Origin: Macrostomum lignano
Lineage: Eukaryota
Reading direction: 5' to 3'
Length of the DNA stretch: 64,000 nt
Assembly: GCA_002269645.1 (NCBI GenBank)
Contig: NIVC01001550.1
Span: forward strand, 62,001 to 126,000
The stretch's first letter is position 1, and each line of letters starts with the position of its first letter. Positions 36,680 to 49,469 of the stretch are shown piece after piece. The notes under the pieces were generated by a model. That model was not told the origin of the DNA. It did not search any database and saw only the letters and a program-made list of their open reading frames with translations. The translations under genes were made by a program, and so were the position numbers.

Positions 36680-37370
36680 TTTCTCTCTCTATCTCTCTCC
36701 CTTCTCTCTCTATCTCTCCCCTCCCTTCTCTCTCTATCTCTCTCCCTTCTCTCTCTATCTCTCTCCCTTCTCTCTCTATCTCTCCCCTCCCTTCTCTCTC
36801 TATCTCTCTCCCTTCTCTCTCTATCTCTCCCCTCCCTTCTCTCTCTATCTCTCTCCCTTCTCTCTCTATCTCTCCCCTCCCTTCTCTCTCTATCTCTCCC
36901 CTCCCTTCTCTCTCTATCTCTCTCCTCCCTTCTCTCTCTATCTCTCTCCTCCCTTCTCTCTCATCTCTCCCCTCCCTTCTCACTCTTCCCTTCTCTCTCC
37001 TCCCTTCTCTCTCCTCCCTTCTCTCTCCTCCCTTCTCTCTCTTCCCTTCTCTCTCTTCCCTTCTCTCTCTATCTCTCTCCTCCCTTGTCTCTCCTCCCTT
37101 CTCTCTCCTCCCTTCTCTCTCCCTTGTCTCTCCTCCCTTCTCTCTCCTCCCTTGTCTCTCCTCCCTTCTCTCTCCTCCCTTGTCTCTCCTCCCTTCTCTC
37201 ACTATTTTCTCCCCATCTCTCCTTTCTCGGTCTCTCCTTTCTTCTCTCTACGTCTCTCCCTTCTCTCCCTTCTCTTTCATTCTCTTTCCCATATTTCTCG
37301 CTTCTTTACTGTTTGCCCTCACATTGTATCCTTTTCCCTCTTCATCTCACCGCTCTCCCGTCTACCTGGT
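36680..37370 (+). repeat. C/T-rich low-complexity tract
   Basis: CTCTCTATCTCTCTCCCTT-type units. Confidence 0.95.
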
Positions 37371-37829
37371 TCCCGCGGACGCGAGAGCACATGCTGGCAC
37401 GCACGTGGCCTATTTATCCTCATCGGATTCGCACCGACCAGCTGCAAATTTGCTTCCACACGGTGCCGCTAGGCCTATAAGCTGTACGAGTATTCCGATT
37501 CCCTTTCATCACCATCCGACTTTCTAGTATAGAAAAATTCATGTGCCCACGGAGCCGTGACGAACTGCGGGGCAACTCACTATTAATCTATAATCCCGCC
37601 CCCATCCAATGTACTCTATAATTATAAGAAGGCTAAAAATACTGAAGTATAAGTTAGAAAGATCACATGCACCATTGAACACTTGCATTAGGCTGTCTCG
37701 TGTGAGCGTAGGCGTTGTATATTTGTCATAACAGAATCTTTCTTAAAATTAAATTTAGTAGACGCTTCTTTAGGATAGACGGCTGGGCAGAAACATTGTC
37801 AAGAAGGAATTTCTTCCCAAAATTTAATG

Positions 37830-38700
37830 GGTTGAGAAACGGTCAGTGGGGAATTTCTTCCCCCCGGGTTTAAATATGGTTGGAGAAACGGTCAGTGGGG
37901 AATTTCTTCCCCGGGTTTAAATATGGTTGGAGAAACGGTCAGTGGGGAATTTCTTCCCCGGGTTTAAATATGGTTGGAGAAACGGTCAGTGGGGAATTTC
38001 TTACCCGGTTTTAAATATGGTTGGAGAAACGGTCAGTGGGGAATTTCTTACCCGGTTTTAAATATGGTTGAAGAAACGGTCAGTGGGGAATTTCTCTCCA
38101 GGGTTTAAATATGGGTGGAGAAACGGTCAGTGGGGAATTTCTTCCCCGGGTTTAAATATGGCTGGAGAAACGGTCAGTGGGGAATTTCTTCCCCGGGTTT
38201 AAATATGGCTGGAGAAACGGTCAGTGGGGAATTTCTTCCCGGGTTTAAATATGGCTTGAGAAACGGTCAGTGGGGAATTTTTCTCCCGGGTTTAAATATT
38301 GATTGAGAAACGGTCAGTGGGGAATTTCTCTCTCGGGTTTAAATATGGTTGGAGAAACGGTCAGTGGGGAATTTCTTCCCCGGGTTTAAATATGGCTGGA
38401 GAAACGGTCAGTGGGGAATTTCTTCCCCGGGTTTAAATATTGATTGAGAAACGGTCAGTGGGGAATTTCTCTCCCGGGTTTAAATATTGATTGAGAAACG
38501 GTCAGTGGGGAATTTCTCTCCCGGGTTTAAATATTGATTGAGAAACGGTCAGTGGGGAATTTCTTACCCGGGTTTAAATATGGTTGGAGAAACGGTCAGT
38601 GGGAATTTCTTCCCCGGGTTTAAATATGGCTGGAGAAACGGTCACTGGGGAATTTCTTCCCGGGGTTTAAATATGGGTTGAGAAACGGTCAGTGGGGAAT
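37830..38700 (+). repeat. About 47 bp minisatellite
   Basis: GAGAAACGGTCAGTGGGGAATTTCTTCCCCGGGTTTAAATATGGTTG. Confidence 0.95.
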
Positions 38701-39197
38701 GAGTCTGGGGATAAATATAGGTGAAGAAATACTCAGTGGAGGGAATTTATTCCCCGATTAAGAACTCTACGTGAGAAACTCGACCAGTTTGTTTTCCAGT
38801 TTCCAGGAAAGACTGTCCCTCTTCATTTTTAAAACGCTCCCTGGCTAAAGCGCGTGCAGTGCCCTTGTTTCAATTCTTCGCTCAAGGCTTGCCCGGTTGC
38901 AGCTGGTTTTTCCTGGAATCGAGCCGCGGATCCTCCTCTAGATCAGCCTCTTGAGATTCCGTCGAACCCTCTTTACTAGCAAATTTGCCCATGTCATGAT
39001 GAACTCTTCAGCCCACGCCCAGCCTCTGCTGGTGGAGCGCGTCCCCCACCCGGGCAGGGTCCGACGCAGGCGAGCGGAAGTAATTTGTATCTGCATGTTC
39101 CAATTCGAAAGTAATAGGAAAAATTTATTGTTATTACTCGTAGTCTGTTTGACCGACACACCCTTCTTACTGATCTGAATCAGGGTTCATGATTCAT

Positions 39198-39487
39198 CCC
39201 AAACTGCACCCCAAACTGCACGCCAAATTGCACCCCAAACTGCACCCCAAACTGCACCCCAAACTGCACCCCAAACTGCACCCCAAACTGCACCTCAAAG
39301 AGCACGCCAAACTGCACGCCAAACTGCACCCCGAACTGCACCCCAAACTGCACCCCAAACTGCACCCCAAACTGCACCCCAAACTGCACTCCAAACTGCA
39401 CCCCAAACTGCACCCCAAACTGCACCCCAAACTGCACCCCAAACTGCACTCCAAACTGCACCCCAAACTGCACGCCAAACTGCACCC
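39198..39487 (+). repeat. 12 bp minisatellite
   Basis: CCAAACTGCACC. Confidence 0.96.
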
Positions 39488-40249
39488 AGTTGACTAATGC
39501 CATAATTATATTTTGCGATTAAAACTGTTGTGAAACCCCTATTGCAGCCGTCTCTGCATTTTGCCTGAAATTTTCCCAACTCTAGCGATTAAAACTCCGC
39601 TCTAATCGCTGTTTATCGGCACTTGTCTTTTGAGGTAAATTCCGGAAATTGCTGGGGATGCGTCTTCAAAGAGCAGAAAAGCGAAGTTTAAAAAGTGTTG
39701 AAGAAAAATTGCTCCCGGCGGCAGCTGCGCTAACGGCAAAGCCTGGCTGCTCAAAAAAGCAGGAAAACCTGTTTGACCAACCAGACAAGCCAACCCCAAG
39801 ACTCCAACTGCTCCGGCCTCTGTCCGCCGATGCACCGTAAGGATGTGGCGGATAAACAAGCCAATTAAATGGGCGGCCGGGGGGCTGCAGCGCACCGAAG
39901 TCAGCTGCTGTAGCTGGCAGACCAAGCCAAGACGCGGTGCAGCCGTCACCGCCAGCTATGATAGTCATAAATCATGCCCATGCAAGAGTGCGAAGCACTT
40001 CATCGGATGCATGACTAGCATTGTTGCAGCTATATTTTCAATCGCTGCTGTATGGGGGGGCTTATGCAGGTAAACCAACACTGCTAATTTAAAAAAGACT
40101 GATTGAACTGCGTGAAGAGTGGTGTCCCTGATACAAGCACAAAATTAAAGTGGCATCAGTGGCGTCCTGACGCGGACAATAAAAAAGTGACGCCGAAAAA
40201 CAAGGAACCACCGACACAGATAAATAAATGGCACTACTATCACCGAAAC

Positions 40250-41030
40250 ACAAAATAGTGGCACTCCTGACACCAAAGCAAAATAATGGCACTCCTGAAA
40301 CCAAAGCAAAATAATGGCACTCCTGAAACCAAAGCAAAATAATGGCACTCCTGAAACCAAAGCAAAATAATGGCACTCCTGAAACCAAAGCAAAATAATG
40401 GCACTCCTGACACCAAAACAAAATGGTGGCACTCCTGACACCAAAACAAAATAATGGCACTCCTGACACCAAAACAAAATGGTGGCACTCCTGACACCAA
40501 AGCAAAATAATGGCACTCCTGACACCAAAACAAAATGGTGGCACTCCTGAAACCAAAACAAAATAATGGCACTCCTGACACCAAAACAAAATGGTGGCAC
40601 TCCTGACACCAAAGCAAAATAGTGGCACTCCTGACACCAAAACAAAATAGTGGCACTCCTGACACCAAAACAAAATAGTGGCACTCCTGACACCAAAACA
40701 AAATAGTGGCACTCCTGACACCAAAACAAAATAATGGCACTCCTGACACCAAAACTAAATAGTGGCACTCCTGACACCAAAACTAAATAGTGGCACTCCT
40801 GACACCAAAACAAAATAATGGCACTCCTGACACCAAAACTAAACAGTGGCACTCCTGATACCAAAACTAAATAATGGCACTCCTGACGCTGATACAAAAG
40901 TGGCACTCCTGCCATTGAAAAGTGACACCAAATTTCGACACAGACACAGTGGCACTCCTGACGATGACACAGTGGCGCTCCTGGCGATGACACAAAAGTG
41001 GCACTCCTGACACAGACAAAAGATGACACC
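40250..41030 (+). repeat. 28 bp minisatellite
   Basis: GTGGCACTCCTGACACCAAAACAAAATA. Confidence 0.95.
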
Positions 41031-41246
41031 CCTGACGCCGACTAAGGCGCGTCTGCGACGCGCTGTCAGCCATGCACCCACCTCGTGATCTGCCATCTGC
41101 CGCTCTGTAAAGAGCTGACAAAGAGCCGCTCCGCGCGCCAATCACTGCGGCCGCTTTTGGAGTGGCCAGCAAAACCTGGCAGATCTGTGCAGCAAATCGC
41201 CGAACGCACCTGCCCTCCCCCCCCTGTCCCACCCCAAAATCCAGTC

Positions 41247-41252
41247 TATAAA
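41247..41252 (+). promoter_or_regulatory. Candidate TATA box of the insulin-like gene
   Basis: TATAAA lies in CpG-rich unique sequence about 140 nt upstream of the start codon. Confidence 0.4.
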
Positions 41253-41387
41253 TTCGGCAACAGACTGCGGCCCAAACGGCAGCTCTCTCAGCTCGATCCT
41301 CCAGCTTCTCCTGCCCGACACACTGCCAGATCTCAGCCAAATCGCTTCCCTATAATTGATTCAATAGGAAATCACCTGCTAAGCAAA

Positions 41388-42167
41388 ATGTAAGTCAATG
41401 ATTTTCGAATCACATTTTTCAAAAAAGCACCAAACAGTTTGTCCAATACAATCTAATCGTCACCTGCCCCCCCCCTCACCGCCGCAGGAGTTCGACACTT
41501 GTGACTGCCGTTTGCACAGGAAAAAGCTGCAGTCTCGGTGGCGGTCGGCTGCCACTGCTGCTGCTGCTGCTCGCCCTGTCAGCTGGGGCGGCCATGGCCG
41601 AGGACGCCCGCAGGGTCAGCCGGGCCGTTGGTCCGTTCGACAGCTACGAAGAGGTCAGTCGTGAGAGCAGCTCGCAGCCCCATGCGCCGCATACAATTTT
41701 ATCCGATGCCGCATCGCTAAAAGACCCGCATGACTTTTTTTTCCAGATTAGCTTGTCGCCAAACTCAAAGATTTACAAGGCGTGCGGTTTGCCGCTGATG
41801 ATCCTGATGACTCGCGCCTGCAGGCGTCACGGCGGACTCTACGTGCCGGCTAAGGACCCGGTGCTGGAGGAGTTCGGCAGTCTGTCCAAGAGTGAGTTGC
41901 TCTGCTCAGCCCCCCTGAAAAACTCCCTAATGCATCGTAATTTGAGAATCGAAAATTTCCATTGCAGTCACGAAAATGCCCCCCGTCGGAGCCGGAGGCG
42001 TCAGGAACCCCTGCAACAGACCCGACATCGGGCAGCGCGACCCGTTCCTCCAGTGCTGCTGCAACTACTGCTCGGAGAGGACACTGCGCGGCTTTTGCTC
42101 TGACGACGCGCGCCACGCCTCCCAGCAGCTTTTCCTGATGGCCCGGTCGGGCAAGAGGTCCAATTAA
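41388..42167 (+). CDS. Insulin/relaxin-family peptide precursor, 170 aa
   Basis: Exons 41388-41389 (AT), 41488-41653, 41747-41891, 41968-42167, with matching phases. Hydrophobic signal segment LPLLLLLLALSAGAAMA; B chain CGLPLMILMTRAC (C-x11-C); A chain CCCNYCSERTLRGFC (CC-x3-C-x8-C). Confidence 0.88.
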
Positions 42168-43518
42168 CAAACTCAATAACACCTGGCAACTGTGAATTTT
42201 GAGTAATTCATTAATTATCTAGTAAGTCTTCGACAGGCTGTGTCGAACCCCGCCGAGTGCGTCCGGATAATGTTTTGTCCCTGCTCCGACGCGCCAATCC
42301 TGTAGAGTTTCTGTAGAAGTCCGGCCGCACCGCCCCACCATATGTGTTTTCAAGCCGCAAAAATACACGGAACTCGCCTTCTCTCCCGCTTTTCAACTCA
42401 AAGAACCCTTATTGAAACAGCAATAGCAATGCAATTTTTGTAACGAAGTGTCTTATGATATTCTTAGTAATTTTGGCGCGCGCCCACTGCAGCACGCGAT
42501 AGCTCAGACAGGAATATTGATACAAGTCGCCTTTGGGAGCTGACGGCTACTTTTTAAATTCAATTTTGAAGCAAAATTTCAAATTCGTGCACAAGCCCCA
42601 AACGGATCAAGCCCACTGCAGGGGGTTGTGGCGCAAGAGTCAGACGAGTACTTCAAATTTATAATAATTTGCTTTAGCGAACGGCAATACAATTAATTTC
42701 TATTTGTTTTCCACGAGAGATCACGTGACTGACTTCATAAAGCTAGTGATTAAAGTGTTTTCTCTGCTATTTACAGAAAACCAATTATAAAATCGCAAAA
42801 AATGCTGCGAGGTCGCGCTGTAATTTAGGACAGTTTTGTTTCAATTTAGACCGCATACATTTATCGCGGATGTCAGGACGCAAGTTTGTCAATTCGCTGT
42901 TGGACACATTTTTAAGCCAGAGCTGAAGCATTTTGGAGAATTTTTCTATTTTTAACTTTGATTTATGACATAAAAATCAAGTTCTTTTGCGCTCAGCCAC
43001 TCGAGCCAAGACCATTATTGTCCATAAGACACAGCCTGGCGTAATGGCAAACTCAAATGGCCATTATTTCAGCTTTAGCAGGCGTTTTAACCATGGACGA
43101 TTCGCCACTCGTGATTGCGGTCATTATCTATATCAAATACATACCGAATAATATACCAATATTGATGGGCTGCAGACGGCAGAAACGAGCTATAACGCTG
43201 AGGCGCGTAGCGCCGAGGAGTGTTAGCTCGTTTCTGCCCGATGCGGCCCATCCATATTAGTGTTATAGTTAGAGGGCGTGAAACCGCGTTTCACGGGCCG
43301 CTGAGACTGTCTATGGTAAAATCGCATTTACTCCAATGCATTCAGTCGGTTTCACGGCCCGCTGAAAATGTCTATGGCAAAGTCAGAAGAAAGCGGGGTC
43401 AAGGGGGCACACCAGCACACAAGACAAAGAAAGAAATAATGAAATCCAAAAAATTTTCTATGTCCAAAACTCCTTATTTTGCGAATTGAAAAAATGGTAA
43501 CTGATACTAAAAATTGTA

Positions 43519-44090
43519 TCTCGCTAGTGCGTGTGTTAAATGACTTGTTACTGTGTAAGAAACGCAGTTGTCTAAATGGTTTGAACACATTAAACGAAGC
43601 GCGGGCAGCGTGAACAAAACGCAGGTCAGCGTGTAAGAAACGCAGTGTCTGGACCATAGACAACTGCGTTGATTACACGCTGACCAAAATCAATGAAAGT
43701 ACAGTACGATGTCCATGTATTTTTTTTTCAAGACGCAAGTAACTGATATATAAACAGAGCTTGTCCCTAACCACGAAACACACAGTTGTAGAGCTGTCCG
43801 TGGAAATTGAACACAATAGGTCGATTGCCATTGGTAGACAGATCCATGGTAACAGTGTGGCAGCCGGTACATGTATTGACTGACTGACCATTGTCACTGA
43901 CTCGATGGTTGAAACAACCGCGCCTTCTTGCCTGGCAGCTGTTGGCATAGTTGCCAACATCCGCTCCAGACACAGGAACATGGGATTACCCGCTTCCTTG
44001 ATTCGGCTGATACTAGATCCTTGCCATCAGAATGCAGCGACATATCATGTCATGTCATTTAAAAGTCATATAAAACACGCACTAGCGAGA
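43519..44090. mobile_element. MITE flanked by TA
   Basis: TA|TCTCGCTAGTGCGTG(T)GTT...AACACGCACTAGCGAGA|TA. Confidence 0.7.
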
Positions 44091-46416
44091 TAAAATGTGC
44101 CACACACTTACAGATTAAATGCATTTTTCACAACGATGAAAATTTCCAAGCTTTTGAAATTTTGATATGAATAACAATAATTGTAGGAGGATTGTGAGCA
44201 CCCTGTTGCTATGCCTTCGACAACATTGTCCCACAACTGCAGCGCTGACGGCAGCGCTCATACACACGCTCACACAGGGTGTACAACGGATCTGATTTTC
44301 TATCGTGTACAAGCAGAATGTGTCTGCGCACCACCGAATCGAAGCACTAATCTTTGTCCTTCAGCAGCTCTTCGCCCGCCTAATTTCTGCAGTACTGCTC
44401 CATGCAGACTGCTCTAATAGTACGTGATACGAGCGCTATATACTCTCTCTAGCTGACACAGCAATTTATCCCGATCCTCGGTTTGCATCCCTCAGCTCAT
44501 ATTCCGCGCGCGTTTCTCTGTGCTCTTGACGGCTCCGCCTACGCCAAAGCCGGCCGACTTGATTTAATTAATTCGAGAACCCGTCTCAGATACAGGTATA
44601 GGCGCAACACCGGTGTAATTGCCGGAAATATTTTTGGCGCTTAAAACCGAATAGAATTGGATATTTTCGTTTAAAAAAACTCACGGAAATGGTACAGGTT
44701 GGCGGTGGCGTCATTTAGTCTTTATCAAGATTGTCTTGCTATGTACATGTACGAGATCTTTAGACTCGCTTGATTTTCCACCCTGCGCAATGAGGAAATT
44801 TTAATATTAATCTTAGGCCCATAATGTCCTGTCGTTCACTGCGCTCGCAAATTAAATTATTTAATTTTTTGAAGGCTATCTTTGAAAAAAATCTATTTTA
44901 TTGACGTCGTAAAGAAGGCTGTTTTCGCCAAGGATATCCCGAGAATTGATCCCTCCTTCAAGAAAAATATATGACAAGCTAATGACTAATTATGCAAAAT
45001 TTTAAAAATATGAATTGGCATACGGAAACAAAAAATCTATTGATATAGCTTATAATGTATTTCGATATTGTCTGTAAATCAATGAGATCAATACAATGTA
45101 AAGGACGACTTAAGAAGAAAACAATTAATTAAAAAGCTATTAGGACCATTATACAGAGATTTTGAACCAAATAATGGCAGCTAGACGACAAAAAATAATA
45201 ACTGTCAAAAACTATTGGGAGAACAAAGTTGATCGAATCACTTTCTTAAACTCTTTTGACTTTTGGCGCCAAAATTGACAATTTACATGCCGCCGGTGAA
45301 CGAAAATCAAAACTGGCCCGGACAGGTTGACTCAGTAAAAGATACTTAAAAATACATTACTGTATATTGCCCTAAACAAGAACCAGAAAAAACAAAGAAG
45401 AAGAAATCCTTAGCTAGCCCACAAAAAATAAGAGAGAAGGGGAGATGGGAACTCGGGTGCGATTCCAAGATCACAATCATAACAGAAAAGAAGCGATGTA
45501 CTTGGTAGTACATGCAATAAGGTTCAACTCTATTGAGACGATTAACTCTTAACCCCCCCCCTGTTCTCCGGTTCCGTCGCCAAGCTGCCAGTAAGCGTAC
45601 AAGGACGACGTAAGTCCTGCAGTCTGCAGTGAGATCTGCAGTTAATAGGTTAAATTTTGTCAAACGAGAGTTTTTGTTGCAATTAGCACAGCATTGCTGC
45701 GAAACTGATATAGATAATGGTAGTAGTGAATTCTAAAAACTTTTTTGCTCCCTAATTTTTTCTAATTCAACCCGTCGTTATTGTTTGTTCTACAAAACTG
45801 ATACATTGATACCATAATTGAAGGCCTATCGCCATCGTTCACTCTGTGTGAGATTTCAACATCGTAAGTAACAAAGTTCAACGGATTTTTTCTAAGAAAA
45901 CACATTATATTTAACTGCTTTCTAGACGAAGCGTATTAACCTTTCTTGTTACTTTTTATGTTTCAAACATTCAGTCTGTGCATTTTATAGTGTCACCACT
46001 TTAAGGCTTAAGTGATTAGTAATTATGATGACGAAAAATTAGCCTTATTTCATTATATGTTCATTATGTTCAATGTGTTCATTATATAAAGAGTGGAGTA
46101 AAATGACTTATATTGTATATAGTAGGCTATTGCTATTGTACCAAATACCAACCAACCCAATATTGCAATAAAAACAAATTACAAATTTTACATTTCATGC
46201 TTCATGCTGTTGTAAATTGTGCAGGCCTACTGATATCTATATAAATAATGTATGTATATTATATTTTTTATATTCCATCTATATTATAATGGCACTGCCG
46301 GATCGCGGATCCATAGGCCTAGCCATTAGAAAATGGGTTCTAGTGCTGGAACTCTAGCCATTGCCTAAAAAAAGTGCTCACAATGTTAAAATGAATGCCT
46401 ATGCCTAGATATTCTA

Positions 46417-46937
46417 TAGTCTAGATCATAATAGGTGCATGCTTAAACAAAAATTAAACAATTACAATTGCATGCCAAAAAATTAAGTGCATTGTGCATG
46501 CCCATTCTCACAACTATGCCAGTGTTGCAACAATAAATGACCTTTTCTTATGTTGTTACAATAAGTAACCTTTTTTGAATTGCATAATGGACCCTTTTTG
46601 ACATATAATTTTAGGTTGATTTTTCTACTTTTTTAGCAATATTCTTTATTATAGCAGAAAATTAGGCCTAATAGTAATACATGCAAAGATTAGTTTAAAT
46701 GCTTTATTGCAATTGCAAGCTTAAAAACCTAGAAAACTTGAAATTTATGCTTAAAAATGAACTTTTTTCATCTTTTTTTCTACTTTACAATAACTATTTT
46801 GCATTATTCTATAAAGTGCACATTAGGTATGCATGCACATTATTTTCTTAGGAGTGATACATGCCAACTGTGTACTTTTGGCATAAAAGGCCAATGCATG
46901 CCCAAATTTTCTTGTGTGTATTATATGATCCAGAGTA
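46417..46937. mobile_element. Possible decayed TA-flanked MITE
   Basis: TAGTCTAGATCATA at the left versus the reverse complement TACTCTGGATCATA at the right. Confidence 0.4.
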
Positions 46938-46964
46938 TAGCCTACAATACAATCATATGTCTAA

Positions 46965-47762
46965 TAATGATGGACCAAATGTAGATTTTTGCAAGTTTCC
47001 AAAACTGAATCTAAATATACAAAAAAATTCTAAATCCAAATATCCAAATGTGTTTCCGAATATAGACAAAAGTAGAAAGTATATAGTGGGAGTAACTACA
47101 ATACCTTTCAGTGACAATTGACAAAAATGCCTCATCATCTAATTTGTAATCATATTAGTGCTATACAATAATTTACTGACAAGATTAAATCTAATCTTGG
47201 GCTTATACTATATCTATCTAGTATCTGAATTGAATTAAACTTAGAATTGAACTCAATTCTTATATATCTAATCTAACTAATTCTAATTACTAATACTAAC
47301 TGACATTACATTTGTGCAATTTAATAACTTTACCTTATATAATACACATAAAGTCTGTTGCATTTGCATTTTGAAAAAAGAGATGATTACACTTAAACAA
47401 TGGTTACTGCGATTAAATGTTTTTGTAACTTTAGGTTGAATGCCTCAAAGGTCCTGAAGTTAATTAACTTTACTTATTCACACCTTTTAAAAACATTACT
47501 GCAAAAACAGACAATTGTATAAAAACAAACAATATTATGTTAAATTTTGCATTCTTGTTTTTTAATTTACTTTCTTTTTTCAAAAGTTGTATTTCTTTTA
47601 TGTTTGTTTAATTTTGTTTTGGTTTTTTGATTTTTTCATATTTGGAAGCACATTTGGAAATTCAGAAAATAAAATTTCCAAATCCAAAGCATTTGGATTT
47701 CTAAAAAAGTGAGACATTTTTTGGATTTGGATTCCAAATCCAAATATTCAGATCTATCACTA
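46965..47762. mobile_element. Decayed hAT-like MITE
   Basis: TAATGATGG at the left and TAGTGATAG (reverse complement) at the right. Flanks ATGTCTAA and ATGCCCAA match 6/8 as a TSD. Subterminal TCCAAA/TTTGGA motifs. Confidence 0.55.
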
Positions 47763-48311
47763 ATGCCCAACCTTAAAATTTCACCTATCCGGTGCAACTT
47801 AGTTTTGTCTAGATTAGTGACTTAGTTTCTCCCAATCACGACTTAGTTCCTCTCAATTGCAACTAGTTAGTTCCTAGTTCCCCCAATTACAACTTAATTT
47901 TCACTTTGTATAAGACTTTTTTATTGCCTTTTTCTCTTTTCTTCTCTTTCTCTTTCCTCTTTCCCTCCTCTCTCTTTTTTCCCTCCCTTCTTTTTCTTTT
48001 TTCTTCTCCTTCCTTTCTTCCCCCAATTTTTCGTTTTTTGCATTTTTAAATTTGCAAATTACATTGGCCAGCAGCCATTTCACTCGTCTAGTTTGGATGG
48101 GTCAGATGAGTGTTGCGCATGTATGAAAACAATGCCAAAATGAGTGTATCTATAAAGCCTTTTTGAAACATTTTACCTTATTAAAATGTTTTTTTTCTAT
48201 TTTGGTTTCTTTGTTTTTTTATTATTTATGTAAGTTTTTCCCTTTTCTTTATTTTTTTCCATGTTTAATCTGTCTATAATTTTTATTGCTTTTGTCTTAT
48301 GTACCTATTAT

Positions 48312-48955
48312 TAGTGTTCTGCCGTAAGGAAGGTCCATGTACCATAGCTGTAGCTGTAAGCAAAACTAAAGCCTTTTCCAATTCTCTGTATTCTGTAGCC
48401 ATAGAGACCCCAATATTACCATATTCCCATAATTGCTGTAGCCTTAGTTTTAACAAAAAAGTCTAGAAAACAAAATATTTTGAATCAAGAAGATAACCTA
48501 GTGCTTAAACAACTGCAAATAAAGTTAGAAAATAAAAGAAACACTTGATTACCTTTGTAAGATTATCTTTTGTCTTTTTTTCAGAGCAACAATACTTAAT
48601 TGTTACTGAAAGTACTAATGCTGAACTTTTTCACATTAATAAAAATTATAGTTTGCTAGTGTTTAATTGTACTTTATTAGGTATGTTTTAAAAGTTTCTA
48701 AGTTGATAATACATACAGTTTACTAAAAGTATCTTTGTTTTACTCTACCTGTTTCTAATATTTTTTCAATTTTTTAACATTAATAACTACAGCTACAGGA
48801 ATCTACGGAATGTGACAACAACTACCATATTTCCGTAATCATAGCCGTAAGAGCAGCTAGCTTCCATAGGCGTATCTGTAGCTGCTGTAGGCACCTATTT
48901 TACCATATTTGCCATAGGATCCCATAGCTGTAGCTATGGCTATGGCGGAACACTA
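48312..48955. mobile_element. hAT-like MITE
   Basis: TIR TAGTGTTC(T/C)GCC(G/A)TA. Flanks CCTATTAT and CCTATTTT match 7/8 as a TSD. Subterminal CCATAG/CCGTAG motifs. Confidence 0.75.
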
Positions 48956-49469
48956 CCTATTTTAACCTTTGGGGCTTGTTTGATCTCGAACGGTTTTGTA
49001 ACATACCTACTTTGGCCTCCTTGTTACTTAGATTGGCTTGGTGATCCAGACTAGATATTATATTTAAAGCCTTTAAGTTACTAGATAATTAACAAAGCTA
49101 GCTAAAACTAAAGCCACCTTTATTATTTCTGTCTGTTATCTATAGACTATAAGGTTAGATTCTTTTTTAGGGAATTTATGCTACTAAGCAAATTATATTA
49201 TATTATATTTAATAAAAAGTGTATAATGTCTTTCTGTATCTGAGCAATGCATTATGTTGTCTTTAGTGGAAGTAGAATCTGCTTTCAAAGGCTCTACTCT
49301 AATGCTATATTAAGGTAAGCATTTTGCTAATAAATATTCATATATATAGTTTCAACTTTCAATATGTTAAATTGAAATGAATATTCACTTAGAAGAAAGT
49401 TGCTTTCTAGTTATGGTATAATAGTTTTTTATTGTTTTAATGTAGTAAGTATTTTATTAAATAACTGAT

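Noticed and set aside
43673-43981. ORFs inside the TA-flanked element with an integrase-like SDNG word
   Set aside because: A single short word with no other catalytic motifs.
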